DNA of 64,000 nt from Carcharhinus longimanus. Its lineage: Eukaryota. The stretch is taken from contig JASCQW010000072.1 in assembly GCA_030264375.1 (NCBI GenBank), positions 65,992,855 to 66,056,854 on the forward strand. The letters are read 5' to 3'. Shown here piece by piece: positions 26,522-39,590 of this stretch. Position 1 is the stretch's first letter, and every line of letters starts with the position of its first letter. The notes under the pieces were generated by a model. That model searched no databases. It was given only the letters and a program-made list of their open reading frames with translations, and was not told the origin of the DNA. Both the position numbers and the translations under genes were made by a program.

Positions 26522-26660
26522 TCATGATGTGGAGATGCCAGCATTGGACTGGGGTAAACACAGTAAGAAGTCTGACAACACCAGGTTTAAGTCCAACCGA
26601 TTTATTTGATAGTACTTTGATTTGCTATCAAATAAATCGGTTGGACTTAAACCTAGTATT
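26522..26660 (-). mobile_element. Penelope-like terminal repeat forming a perfect 30-bp hairpin
   Basis: Reverse PLE tail catgatgtggagatgccagcattggactggggtaaacacagtaagaagtc. Arms 26583-26612 and 26625-26654 are exact reverse complements. Confidence 0.8.
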
Positions 26661-27481
26661 ACAAGCCAGAACAGAATTGCTGAATTGGTTACATTAATAG
26701 AAATGCTCAAGAACTAATATGACATGGTCAATGGAAAATGTGCCACATAGAAATGCTAGGAAAAGAAACTTTATCACATGACCCCACTACCAGAACTAGA
26801 ATTTTCTTCACAAGCGACAAACCAAGATTGTGTAAGCACAATCAAGATACAAGATCGAGTTGTCTTGAGATGATGCTGCCTGCATGCATTGTAGAGCAAG
26901 TTGCTTGATAGAATAAAGAACCAATGGGAGATTGGAGAGTGACATCGTCCAGAGTAAACTATGTAGTCCACGGTCCGTGGACAGAATTTGGAAAGCAACT
27001 AGCCTATATGGAAGAATCCTATGTAGGACTATGTTTGGAACTCTGCATATTGAAATTTTCTAGAAGTGTTATGTTAAATGAAAGTCTCAAGATCTCTCCA
27101 TTGAACCACTGTTATGTTGATTTACAAATGTCTAACTTGTGTGTATAATGGTTATTTAGAATGCCAGTTGAATAAACAGATTTTGAAGATTGTATAAGTT
27201 AAAGAGGGTGGGATGTTATGCATGTGGTGTCTGTAACTTTAAGACAGTATAGCAGAAGTGAGTCACCTGACTTGAGGGACCAATGGAAACAGAGTGAGTG
27301 ATCACATCAGAGGATAGCGTCCTCTCTCCGTCAGGATTTTCTAGCAATCATGTATTAATGTGCAAGGACTGGGGCTATTGCTCCAGGGCAGTAACTCCTG
27401 TATCAAGTTCTCTCAAAAATAAATACCTCTTGTTCCTAACAAAGCCTCAAATCTCTGTACAATGTCATAAGGCCACAACAT

Positions 27482-27846
27482 AACACTAGGGTCTCAAATG
27501 AAGTGGTTAGTCAGACAGTTGATGCATCAATTTTAATTTTCCAAAATTACCTAGATTCAGGAAAGGTCCCATTAGATTGGAAAATAGCAAATTTCATTCC
27601 TTTAAAAGAAGGGTGAAAGAAAACAGGAAACTACAGATCAGTTTAACACCTGGCACAGGGAAATGTTGGATGCATTGTTAAAGATACTATAGTAAAACAC
27701 TTATGAAAAATTCAAGGTAATCAGGAAAAGTCAACATGGGTTTGAAGGAAAGACATGTTTAACCAATTTGTAGTAGTTCTTTGAAGTAACATACTGTGAA
27801 TAAAAGGGAACTAATGGATGCACTGTACTTAGATTTCCAGAAGGTG
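27482..27846 (+). mobile_element. CR1 LINE RT fragment
   Basis: Frameshifted GKVPLDWKIAN, GNYRSV, QHGF, CLTNL, DALYLDFQK motifs. Confidence 0.82.
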
Positions 27847-28309
27847 NNNNNNNNNNNNNNNNNNNNNNNNNNNNNNNNNNNNNNNNNNNNNNNNNNNNNN
27901 NNNNNNNNNNNNNNNNNNNNNNNNNNNNNNNNNNNNNNNNNNNNNNCACACTTCACCCCAACCCTTCAACCCCACCTTTTGCCCCCAAAATTCATTCTCC
28001 ACCCTTCACCTCCCCAGGCTTCACACCCCCACCTTTATCCCCAACCTCTCTCCCTCCCCCTGCACTGCTGCAAGGAAACTGGGAGAATAGTCACAGGAAC
28101 TTTATAAAAAAGGTGTTATTTTTATTTTATTTAGCACTTTTGTTTATAACTCATCACAATGTAGGAAATGAAGGAGAAAAAACATTTAGCTTCATGGGGA
28201 ATTAGTCTTTCCAAGGTAGAGTAGATTGCCCTGGGAGCAGCGAATGTAATAGACCAGATTGAAAGAGGTGCATATGAAGTGCTGCTTCACCTGAAAAGTG
28301 TGCTTTGGC

Positions 28310-28925
28310 CCTTTACATTAGAGAGACTGGGTGACTACTTTGCAGAACATTTTTGGTCCGTTTGCAAGCAGGACCCAAGCCTTCCTGCCCCATCCGGTCT
28401 TAACACTGAGTTCAACAACTTCAGACAGTGAATTCCCTCCTCCAACTTCACCACATTTTTTTTATTCCTATCAATATATTTTCATTTCTTCCATTGATCT
28501 GCTTTCCATTCATTATTTTATCCCACTTTTCCATCTTTTTCTCCCTTAACACTGTCAGTGAGATGGCTTGGATTATCCTTTTACCCACTGTTTATCTTTG
28601 TCCTGCCATTTACACTTTCTGATCCATTAATGTGCTGCTATCAGCATCATTCTTAGCCATGATCATTATTATTTACATTCCCTTTGTCTTTTTGTCCATG
28701 ACATCTTTGTCAATCTCTTTCTACCCTCCGCCTATTGCTAGATCGCTATCTAGCCCCACAGCTCCTACTCCCCCACCAACACCCACCTCTGCACCCCCCG
28801 CCCCCCGCCACATTAAGTATAAATCTCGTCCTATTTCCAGTTTTCTTTAGCTCTGATGAAGGGTTATCCAGTCTGGAATATTAGCTCTGTTCTCTCTCCA
28901 CAGAAGCTGCTAGACCTATTGACAG
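28310..28925 (+). mobile_element. Penelope-like element 3' end: GIY-YIG endonuclease relic plus hammerhead-like motif
   Basis: LYIRET / RLGDYFAEHFWSVCKQDPSLP (cf. YIGET..RLGDRFAEHL). CTGATGAAGGG at 28853 followed by ctctccacagaagctgctagacct tail. Confidence 0.72.
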
Positions 28926-29524
28926 GCTGGATGTGACTTGTGGTACTTGATGGGGAAATTTGTCCCAGCCACATACTATTCAATCATTCAAGATGTGGAT
29001 TTATCAGTAGTGGTATCAGCTGGCCTGTAATTGGACTTACACAGGCAATGGCTGAAGAATTCTGTTAATTTGAAATCCATTAGACATTGAGCGGATTTGC
29101 TTCATTCTGTTAATTATAAATTTGTCTCTATAGTTACTGCTGCTTGTACAGATTCTATGTAAGATCTATGGTGCACCGAGGTTATCTTGTTATCTTGAAT
29201 TTATTTGAATCATGTTTTTCCTAATTTTGTATTCTTGCATTCAGTAAATGATTGGGCCGATTGTTGATGTATTGCTTTCACTGCAATCCTTGCTGAGTAA
29301 CTTAAATAAATAATAATGTTTGTACTTGTTCAATGCTGAAATATCCAATATACTTCACACAATAAATTGTTTGAAATGCAAAGCTTGCTCTTATGAAGGC
29401 AAATTGCATTATTAATTGATCCCTAAAGAACTTTTTTTAGGACTTGTACAGTGCAGAAGCTAATTATTGTATTAATATATTAATCCTTCTGCCTCCCTTT
29501 GCCGATGGCCATGATACAGTGTAT

Positions 29525-30398
29525 TGTTCACAATCAGTGTTTACAATCGACAGCCAAGTCCCAGAATGGAAGGCTCGCTTAGTAGACTAACTTCCTTTTC
29601 TTTAAAAATATGGATGAATAGAATCACAGGAATGCCAATTAGCTTTTTACAAAAGAAAATAACATACATGAAACGTGAAAAGATCACAGTACTCCTGCTT
29701 ATATCTTTACAGACTTTAAAGGATAATACAGGTTACAAAATATAATGATTTCAATGAGTACATAGTGCATGTAAAACTACAGGCCAACCATGGTCAGACA
29801 CACAACACTCTGAAAGCAAGTGGCCACCAAAACAATTGTTGTAGATTTCGCAATAAATCCCTCAAACTCTTATCATACAGTGAGCCAACTGGTCTCATTG
29901 GAACTCTGCCTTCTGCACGAGTATTTCCAAGCTCTGTTCTTGAAAAACATGCATTAGAATCTTCTCCTAAACAATGCTTTCTGTCAGGTTCTTCTCCAAG
30001 GATCCACTTCCAGGATTTCAATCTTTCTTTTCATGTTGCCAAATACATTCACACTTCCACGCAATCTCTCGGGTACCTGGCTATGTAAACAGAACACCTT
30101 TGCTTCATATGCTGTACTATGTGTCGAAAACTTTAATATCTAAGACATCTTTTAGGTATCTGGGTTCTCGCTTTCCACCTTCACCAGGTCGGCACATTTA
30201 AGTTCTGCTTTAACCGGGAACATTTCACTGCCTCTTTCTTTAACTGCAGTAAACAATACCTTGTTCAGATTCTAATTCCTTTTTGTCTCTTTAACTTCAG
30301 TCTTCCTGGGGCTTCTCTTTTCATTCCCTGGTTCCTGGAATTATCTGTTCTTTAGGTTTGTTGACTTGTTTTCTTGCAAAATTTCTAAGTGCCATACC
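29525..30398 (-). mobile_element. Possible solo LTR / LTR-like repeat
   Basis: Starts TGT, ends CA, with LTR-like composition; no TSD or second copy seen. Confidence 0.3.
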
Positions 30399-30409
30399 AG
30401 CGTGAAACC

Positions 30410-31390
30410 AAGAGTCCTTCATGTGGGTCTTTTGGGCAACTTCGGCATTGCAATTTTTTAACACTCTCAATATTTATGACAGTTGCACAAGTTGTGGGAG
30501 GGAGGGAGGGAAGTGTGGGAGTACAGAGCCCAACTACACCAGTGAAGCCAGCTTCAGAGCACTTGGGTGCCACTGTGCAGGGCACCCCAATCTGCAAAAC
30601 TGGGAGACCTCCTCCCACCCCATACCCCACCAGGGGCATCAGACCACCTTCCTGCCCATCATCAATGGCATTGTCATGCCCTCCTCCCCCCAAACCAACA
30701 TGGATCACTGGCATTGGGATATCAGGACTCTCCTGATGAGTCCCCTGGAGGACACCCAACATGCTGCCCTGCCATGACCCCCTCCACGGCATATTCCTGG
30801 ACTCCCCCACTGCATTCCCCCCTTTTCACCCTTGCAGATCGCCCCCCCCCCATGTATAAGCCCCCTGGTCATTTTGCATAACCCTCCATGTCATCGTCTC
30901 ACCCCACTCAGGCAACACCCCCACCCCCACTCAAGCTACACACCCACTTAGGTCCCACATCCATTAATTCAGCACCCCTTTGCCACTGACCTGGCACACT
31001 TGTGGTGCCCAAATGGGCACTGCCAGAGTGCCAACCATGCACTGCCAAAGAGTCAGGTGGGCATTGCCTGGCTGGCAATGCCCAGTGGGCAGTGTCCAGC
31101 CATGTCCCAGACCACACCAGGGCTTCAGTGGCCTCTGATCCTCCCTCTGCATGGCAATGGTGCCTGGTTTCCACTACTGCAGAGCAATAGTGATTCTCGC
31201 TGGCAAAGGGGACACACCTGGGAGGAGTCATCCTGGACTCACTAATAGCATTTAAATTAAGTCAGTCCTATGCTTCCCTTTTGAGCATGAAGCTGTGTGA
31301 AGGGTGTGAATCAGATTTTTGGTATCACACACTATCTTCCTGCTCGCCACACTGATTGACCAACACGGCCAGCTGGCAATATCACATCCA
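30410..31390. mobile_element. GC-rich MITE-like non-autonomous DNA element
   Basis: C-rich/G-rich low-complexity interior with ggcactgcca/gtgcc repeats, non-coding. Confidence 0.45.
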
Positions 31391-32159
31391 AGAAGTTGTT
31401 TCCTGGACTGACCTAAAATAAGGAACACACACTGAAGAGAAAGGGCAAGTAATTGGAGGCAGAGTGATTGACATTCACTGGATTAAGGAGCCTGAGTGAA
31501 TAACACAGCATCACAAATGTTGAGTTATAAATAACAGCATCCAAGTTGAGTTATAAATAATGTCTATATGTTAATAGGTTTATGTGCACCACAGCCAAGC
31601 CCAACAATTCCCAGAAGTTGGCTCTTCAAAGCATTCAGCAGGAATTTGAACAGAGGCCGTACAGAACCTTCACATGGACTTCATTAAACAATCACTCAGT
31701 CAGACTGGTGGGCCTGGACCATTCTCTGGTGTTATACTCCTGATAGCCCATTGGTGAAGGAAGAATTCAAAGCCCATCTTTACTTGGGAAAGATTTATTC
31801 ACAAATTGAAATACTACAGCTTTGATTCCACTGAACTCTTCTAAATGTCTCTTTAATTGTGCTCAGGTAACCATCCAATCAACGTACCTAATGTAAATTG
31901 ATACAATTGGCCTCTGGTGGAGGTATAAATCAATCTGGTAACACTGCCTACGAGTTGATAAATATCCATCCTAGCTTACCACCCAACTCTCTGTTTCCCA
32001 ATATGAGCTAGATTCCATAAAGAAGTGCTATCTGCAGACTTCAACTCTCCAGTGATGAGGTTATTAAAGGCAGTTGATCAGACATTGTAATTACACCTTT
32101 GGGAAAACTGTTCCAATACAGCTACAACATTGATGTCTACCTGGCAATGTCAACAATTG

Positions 32160-32645
32160 TTTGATTTTGATTTGTTTTGATTTATTATTGTCACATGCAT
32201 TAGTATACAGTGAAAAGTACTGTTTCTTGTGCAGTATACAGACAAAGCACATTGTTCATAGAGAAGGAAGCAGCAGAATGTCGTGTTATAGCTGTAGCTA
32301 TGGTGTAGAGAAAGATCAACTTAATGTGAGGTAGGTCCATTCAAAAGTCTGAGGGTATGAGGGAAGAAGCTGTTCTTGAGTCGGTTGGTAAGTGACGTCA
32401 GACTTTTGTATCTTTTTCCAGACAGAAGAAGGTGGAAGAGAGAATGTCCAGTGTGTGTGGGATCCTTAATTATGCTGGCTGCTTTGCCCAGGCAGTGGAG
32501 AGTGTAGACAGAGCCAATGGATGGAAGGCTGGTTTGCATGATGGGCTAGGCTTTGTTCACAACCCTTTGTAGTTTCTTGCAATCTTGGGCAGAACAACAG
32601 CCATACCATGCTAAGATACTACCAGAAAAAATGCTTTCTATGATC
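32160..32645 (-). mobile_element. Rex1/Babar-like LINE 3' fragment
   Basis: IIESIFSGSILAWYGCCSAQDCKKLQRVVNKA / SLPSIGSVYTLHCLGKAASIIKDPTHTGHSLFHLLLSGKRYKSL..RLKNSFFP. Confidence 0.85.
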
Positions 32646-33531
32646 CAGGCATGTTCACATAAAGCAAGACAAATCCAACCTACATACCTATGAACATACA
32701 AATTAAGAGCAAGAATGGGCCTCTCGGCTCTTTGAGCTTGCTCCACTATTCAATAACATTATGGCTGATCTGATTTTAACCTCAACTCCACATTCCTGCC
32801 TCCCCCAATAATCCTTCACCCCTCTCCTTAATCAATAATCTATCTAGCTCTGCATTTAAAATTAAGACCTTCTTCCACAGAGACAAATCTGCTCAATTAT
32901 CATCTCATCAGTCTAGTCTTGATCATCAACACAGTAATGAAAGTTGCCATTGACTGTGTCGTAGGCAGAACTTACTCAGCAATAACCTGCTCACTGATGC
33001 TCAGCTTGGGTTCCACCAGGGCCACTCAGCTCTTGATCTCATTCAAACATGGACAAAACAGTTCAAGTCAAGGGGTAAGGTGAGAGTGACTGCCCTTGAT
33101 ATCAAGGCAGTGACTGAATATAACTTCAAGGAACCCTAGCAAAATTGAAGTAAATGGGATTCAGAGGCAAATCTCTCTGCTGGTTGGAGTCATACCTAGC
33201 AGAAAGGTTCTGGTGGTTGGAGATCAATCATCTAAGCAGTAAGCAGATTATTGTTAAGTAAGTTCTACCTGCTGGCACAGACAATGACAACTTTCATTAC
33301 TGTGCTGATGATTCTGGTAGGTCTGGTGGTTGGAGGTCAATCATCTCAGCACCAGGACATCACTGCAGGAGTTCCTCAGGGTGATGTCCTAGGCCCAAAC
33401 ATCTTCAGCTGCTTCATCAATGACCTTCCTGCCATCAAAAGGTCNNNNNNNNNNNNNNNNNNNNNNNNNNNNNNNNNNNNNNNNNNNNNNNNNNNNNNNN
33501 NNNNNNNNNNNNNNNNNNNNNNNNNNNNNNN

Positions 33532-33725
33532 AGATGTGTGGGTTAGGTTGATTGGCCATGCTAAAATTGCCCCTCAGTGTCCTGAGATGTGTAGGTTAGA
33601 GGGATTAGCGGGTAAATGTGTAGGGATATGGGGGGGTAGGACCTGGGTGGGATTGTGGTCGGTGTAGACTCGATGGGCCATAGGGCCTCTTTCTGTACTG
33701 TAGGGTTCTATGTAGGGTTCTATGT
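33532..33725 (+). mobile_element. HE1-like SINE 3' half (5' in gap)
   Basis: ggttaggttgattggccatgctaaaattgccc...tgtagggttctatg tail repeat. Confidence 0.82.
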
Positions 33726-34374
33726 TCAATCTAAAAACTGTGGCTACAAGAGCAGATCAGAAGCTGGGAATTCTGTGGTAAGTATCTCACCACCTGATTA
33801 CCCAAAGCCGGTCCACTATCTCCAAGGCACAAGTCAGGAGTGTAATGGAATAGTTTCTTGAGTGCTGTTGGAGCTGCACTTATCCACTTGACTGGATAAG
33901 TGCAGCTCCAACAGCACTCAAGAAGCTCAACACCATCCAGGACAAAGCAGTCTGATTTCTATATTATTCACTACTTTATACATTCACTTCCTCCATTATT
34001 GATACACAGTGGCAGCTGTATATACAAGATGTACTGCAACAATTCATCAAGGCTCCTTCAATAGCACCTTTCAAACCTGAGACTTCTACCACCTGGAAGA
34101 TCAAGAGCAGCAGATAAATGGAAACACCACCAAGTTCCCCTCTAAATTATGCATAACCCTGATTAGAAATATACTCCCATTCCTTCAGTATTGCTGGATC
34201 AAAATCTTGGAAATCCTTCCCTAACAGCTCTGTGGGTGTACCTACACTGCATGCACTGCAGTGATTCAAGAAGGTGGAAATGTATGAATGCAGCCAGGAC
34301 TCACTGCAAGGTATCAATCAGAATTTTGCAAAAGGAAAGTGAAGTTAAGATGTAGTTAAAGAAAACATTGGGGC

Positions 34375-34550
34375 TAATAGTTCCTTGGCCATTCTCCATG
34401 ACAATGCCTCAAATGTACTTGATGTGTCAATCCATCTGTCAGGCAGCATAAATTGTTGCCCCCTTTGAAATTTGGCATTCTTGTGCCTATCCTGATGAGT
34501 GTAAGGTGAAAAGCTTCGATAGCATGTCTCTTTTTTCAGCAATACTCCAT
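34375..34550 (+). ncRNA. Minimal type I hammerhead ribozyme motif in a short PLE-like repeat
   Basis: ctatc(34487-91)-CTGATGA-gt-gtaag-gt-GAAAAGCTTC-gatag(34518-22): stem I paired, palindromic AAGCTT stem III, weak stem II. Confidence 0.6.
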
Positions 34551-35259
34551 TAACAGTTAGTTTCTACCATTCTCTTGGAAACTACTGCATTCCTGCTTGT
34601 AACCTAGCCTTTGTCCCAGACATCAGGTCCATCCCAAGGGGAAATTCTAATAAAAAAAACCCACCAGATCCCCATCAATCTTTTTTAGCAATTTTGTGGA
34701 AAGGCTGGACAGGATTAGATATCTCATGCTTCACGATTCTGACATGCCGCTGTATTTGCAGATGTAGGTTAGACATGAGGCAGCCAGTCTGTAAAACATA
34801 TGGTGAGAATACACAGAAGGTGCACTCAGTGATGCTGACAGCATCCCTGCATGAAATATTAATATAACGCAGGAGAATGAGAACACCTACAGGATCAGTA
34901 ATAATTTAAAATGTTTTCAGAAATACAACAGATATTACATCAGAAAAACTTTCTCACAACAACTTATGAAAAGATCACCTTAAAGTGATCAATAACTATC
35001 AGACAATTGAAATTAAAAGAATTAAGAATTGGTGAGATCTTTTAAAATTCTCCACAATGTAAAGAAGAATATCAGAGTATTAATGAATCTAATAATTCCT
35101 GGTCATAATGCTCTGCCTTATGGAACTGTCTAAGAAAAGTAGCTTCTAAAGCCATACTTGCTTTCCAGTCACTAACAGTATGCTCTATGAGATCAATATA
35201 AGAAGCTACAGTATGGGCTAGTCTGAGACAGGTACATGGCTAATTTTCATGTTGGAATG

Positions 35260-35465
35260 GGACCGGACTCTGATTGGTCAAGGCATTGCCATGGAGAATG
35301 CAACCAAGGAATGATTGTCTCCCACATACCTTTGTTTAGCACCCCTTTCTTATTCGATACACATTTTTGCTGTCATTGAAATTTGGTATTCTGTCCTGAT
35401 GAATGCAAAATGAAAAGATTTGACAGCATGTCTCTTTTTTCAGCAATACTCCAGTTCTGTACTAC
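35260..35465 (+). ncRNA. Minimal hammerhead motif (decayed) in the same repeat family
   Basis: ctgtc(35391-95)-CTGATGA-at-gcaaa-at-GAAAAGATTT-gacag(35422-26), followed by catgtctcttttttcagcaatactcca as at 34523. Confidence 0.55.
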
Positions 35466-35609
35466 CAAGAGACTCTGAAATCAGCAATGTTAGGAAACAA
35501 AGCAGGAAAAAAGGCAAACTGCATTTCAAAAAGATTAGCAGAGCTTAAAGAACAAAATCTCATGCTGCTAATGTCTAAGACAATGCATGCCTGAATTGTC
35601 CTACAAAAT

Positions 35610-35960
35610 ACTTAAGGGGATCGACAGAGGAGATACAGGTAAGATGTTCCTTTGATTGGGGAGTCTAGAACCAAGGGGAACAATTTCAAATTATGGGGGA
35701 AGTCACTTAAGAGTGAAATGAGGGAAAATTTCTCTTGATAGAGGGTTGTGAATCTTTGTAATTATCTATCCCAGAGGGCTGTGGAAGCTCAGTCATTGTG
35801 TACGTTTAAAGCATAGATTGATAAATTTCTGATTAACAGTAATGTAAAGGGTTATGGGGAGAGTGGTTGTAAAAGGCATTGAAGTGTCCAATTAGCCATG
35901 ATCGTATTAAATAGCAGAGCAGGCTCAATGGACTGAATGGCCTACTCCTGTATCTTCCTC
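35610..35960 (+). mobile_element. CR1 LINE 3' end
   Basis: gagggttgtgaatctttgtaattatctatcccagagggctgtggaagc...ggactgaatggcctactcctg. Confidence 0.8.
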
Positions 35961-36519
35961 CTACCTGAATGTGATCTTTCAATTACTGTTGTTTGCTTTT
36001 GACTTCCCCCCGCTATCTCCTGAACCCTTTTACTGCAACCTTTGTGTGTCTAAGTTTGCCTAATTCCAGCACGGCCTTTGTCTGTAGTTTGAGGGCTTCA
36101 TCCTCCCCCTGTACACCTTCCTTCATTCAGCACCATGCCTTGAGCTCTGTTCTATTTTTTCTCTCTCAGTGCTTGACATGTTATAATTACTAATACACCT
36201 CTGCTTTTGTCAACCTTCCATTTTCCTTGTTGAGAGTGACAAATACTTGTTTAAGACTGGCTTCTGTGGCAGACTCAGTCCGATGTAGACCCCATTTGTT
36301 GAAATTCTTCAAAGAACTTTTCTAGATTAGCTTTGTAACTCATTTAAAGAAAAGCTGTAACCAATAGTGCAATGCCAGTGATAGGGCATGAGACCATCTA
36401 TCTGCAATCCTACTGCTTTATGTCAGTCCATTCAACCACAAAAAGGCAATATGTATACAAGCAAAGTTTCACCTTGTTTCAAAATCTAATCCTTCATATA
36501 AGACAAAGCAACTTTTAAA

Positions 36520-36870
36520 GGGAGGTGGCAGCATGGTGGTATTGTCACTGGGCTTGTAATCCGGAGACCCTGGACAAGATCTAGGGGCATGGATTCAAAT
36601 CCTGCCATGGCAGATAGTGAAATTTGAGTTCAATTAAAGGAGTCTAATGATGACCATAAAACCATTGTCAATTGTTGTAAAAGCCCATTTGGTTCACTGA
36701 TGTTCTTTAGGGAAGGAAATCTGCCATCCTTACCTGGTCTGGTCTACATGTGATTCCACAGCCATAGCAATGTGGCTGATTCTCAAATGCCCTCTGGAAT
36801 GGAAGGTAGTTAGGGATGAGCAATAAATGCTGGCCCAGCCAGCAACGGTCATGCCCTGTAAAATGAATAA
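36520..36870 (+). mobile_element. tRNA-SINE with MetaSINE/SlmI-like central domain and family-B LINE tail
   Basis: B-box ggattcaaatcc; core ggttcactgatgttctttagggaaggaaatctgccatccttacctggtctgg; tail agggatgagcaataaatgctggcc shared with family B LINEs. Confidence 0.7.
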
Positions 36871-37189
36871 TGAGAAACATCAATAAATCAGATATTTATA
36901 AATATGATCTCTAGAATAAAAGGAACATGAACTCAAACTGCCCATTTAAATTGCTGCTTGCAATTTGTCACGTTTTAATATTTTTCTGAGGTCCTTTAAT
37001 CTTTTAAGAGACACGCAATGATTTGTCTAAATTATAAAATGTGACTGATGGATTAAGTTGCCAAGGTGAGATGAATTCATCTCATAATGTTGTTCCCCTT
37101 CATGTCACTATAATGTATCTTCCTCATTTGAGATCCATGGTATCTCCAGCCAACTCAAGATGGCCACCAATCTGGATAGTCAGGTTGCA

Positions 37190-37480
37190 AATGTCAATTA
37201 CAAGGGGGCACAGGATCAAGGTGAGAGGGGGAAAGTTTAAGGGAGATGTGTGGGTGCCTGGACTGCGCTGCTGGAGGAGTTGGTGGAAGCAGGCACATTA
37301 GCAACATTTAAGAGGCATGTGGTTGGGTGCATGAATAGGGAGGGAGTAGAGGGATATGGACCGAGTAAGGGCAGGAGGTTTTCTTTCAGTTTAATTCGGG
37401 CATCATGATCAGCATAGGCTCAGAGGGCCAATGGGCCTGTTCCTATGCTGTACTTTTCTTTGTTCTTTTGTTCTTTGTAA
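37190..37480 (+). mobile_element. CR1 LINE 3' tail
   Basis: TRGHRIKVRGGKFKGDV; gggcctgttcctatgctgtac tail. Confidence 0.82.
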
Positions 37481-38611
37481 TACTCAAGTGCACATGTTCT
37501 GATCTGCTCACACAGAGAAATTCAGTGACTTTGGGGTTGGAGGGATAGTGTAACTGTGATCCATGGTCACGGGAATAATGGTTTGGCATTGGGAATGGGG
37601 TCATGGTCAGGTAGAAGATGGGAGTCAGTGAACAGTTGTCCTCAGGCAGATAGCCCTTCCATCCTAGTGCAGTGATAGCCTTCTCAGTAGGGTTAGAACC
37701 ACGTTAGAAATGGAGAGCTACAAATACAACAAAAATACATGACTGGCTGGGTAAAAGGAGTGTCGAAGCTCAGGTCAAATCCTTTACATGGGCACAAAAC
37801 CCCCTCCCTTGCCAGGGAAAACTCCTCCCTCCTCCTCCCCCAGAGGTCTGGCCTATGAGTTGGGTAGGGAAGGCTCTGGTAAAGGCTGTAATATTAATGT
37901 TGCAGCTGGAGAGAAGAGCATGGTTGGGAACGCAAAGATGATCAAAGAAATCTATGATTCCTGGTTTCCCAACCATAATATCACCCTAACTCCAGCCCAG
38001 AGAAAAATACTAGAACTGTGCATGTGTGGTGGTAACAACAAACATATCTTGGAGGCCTCTGAGCCCACTTTAAGTCTGTTATAGTCCCCTGCCTGGGGTC
38101 TTTCATAGTGAACACACTGACTTCCACCTTTCACCAGAGCTCATTAGGCAGCATGCACCCCTCAAGAGAAACAGGTTGCCTACATCTTATGCTAATCGCT
38201 CAATTAGAGCAATATATTACCACACTTTTAAATTGAACATGCATCAATATTCACAACTGCTTTCTTATCTTCATGGAAAAGGGCTAGTGGGGGGCCTCAA
38301 TGGGCCTAAGTACAGGCAGCTAGTCACTACCCCTCACCAGTAAGATACCAGTGGCAATGATGGCATGCATGGCACCTCCTGCCATGTCCTCCAATTTTTC
38401 ATCTCTCCCCCACCTAGCAGCCCAGTCCCAGGAAGGTGTAGAATTCCAGCCTATGATTCAGCCTATGATGAGCACTGCATAATTGATCTGGAAAGCTCCC
38501 CCAGAAATGCCCCTCCACTTACCCAGGAAAGATCAAACTGAGTAAAACCCACATTTGGTTGAATTCTTGGTACTGAGATTCATCAGGAAATTTTCTGATT
38601 TGCTGAACCCA

Positions 38612-38725
38612 TCCCAGCTCTGATGGAGGGTCATCCAGACTCAAAGCATTGGCTCTATTCTCTTTCTACAGATGCTGTCGGACCTGCTGAAGTTTTCTAG
38701 CATTTTCAGTCTTTGTTTCAGATTC
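38612..38725 (+). mobile_element. PLE-like terminal fragment with decayed hammerhead
   Basis: ctctgatggagggtcatccagactcaaagc...ctacagatgctgtcggacctgctga, homologous to 28851-28920. Confidence 0.6.
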
Positions 38726-38736
38726 AAAAGGAGAAC

Positions 38737-39590
38737 TGTGACATTAGTATACCTTTAGGAACTTTTTTTTTAACCATGTTCTCTGCAGCTCTCACAGCCT
38801 CAGCTTATGTCATTGTTGCCAAGTTCACTGTAGAAGTTTTTTTTTGTCCTTTTGTGGCTTAAATAGGGTTTGTTTACTTTTACTTTGGGATGTTTAATGA
38901 CCCTGCATTGTTAGGAGGACGTTCATGTGTTTTGGGCAGGTATTTTTTCCTTCCCAGCAAATTTAAGGTTTCATTTTTTGTTTTGACTGGCAGCAGTTTG
39001 AGTTTTAGAAGGGACATCAAGCTGAAAAGTAGTCCCTCTATCGTTATTTTGGAAATTCTGCTGGTAAGCTGAAAGCAAGGCTTCTTGCCTTCTGGGAATA
39101 GAAAATCTGCTGTTGGTGGCTTGACCAAAGTCTCTCCTGGATGTTCTGGGAAGCTGTTCTAATTTCAAACTGTTCGGAATGTATCCAGAGGGCTGCTAGA
39201 AGTCACAAGGCTGAGAGGCCAGGATTTCAATTCTCTAACCAAAGGATTCAGTGAGCATTAGTCTTTGTTGTGTTAAACCATGGAAAGAGTGTTTTTGTCA
39301 ATGGAAAGTTTTGCTTGATTGGAACATTTTAGATATATTTGTTAAGGGTTATACATTATCATGCTTGTTTTGTTTTTGTTTGTAATTGATAAAAAATTTG
39401 TGATTTTTTTCCATACATGTCAACTGCATTCTTAAATAAACCTTGTTTGATAAAAGCTCCCTAGCGGGTCATTTGAATCATATCTGAAGTGAAACATATC
39501 ATGCTTACCCTAGCCAAATTCGAAGTGCAAAATTTATGATCGAGGAGGGCTTCATAAAATGTTTTGGAGTTTCTGATCTGGATTATAACA
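38737..39590 (+). mobile_element. Solo LTR (854 bp) with 4-bp TSD GAAC
   Basis: TGT...ACA termini, gaac at 38733-38736 and 39591-39594, AATAAA at ~39435; inverted homolog at 58383-59255. Confidence 0.85.

Larger units (their letters stand above)
32050..34275 (+). mobile_element. CR1-like LINE (family B) RT and 3' end, interrupted by nested insertions
   Basis: LGKLFQYSYNI...; ITAGVPQGDVLGPNIFSCFINDLP (33251 ORF); family B 3' end at 33740-34275. Confidence 0.8.

Noticed and set aside
26829-27480. Possible solo LTR (TGT...ACA, AATAAA)
   Set aside because: No TSD or second copy, and the left boundary is undefined.
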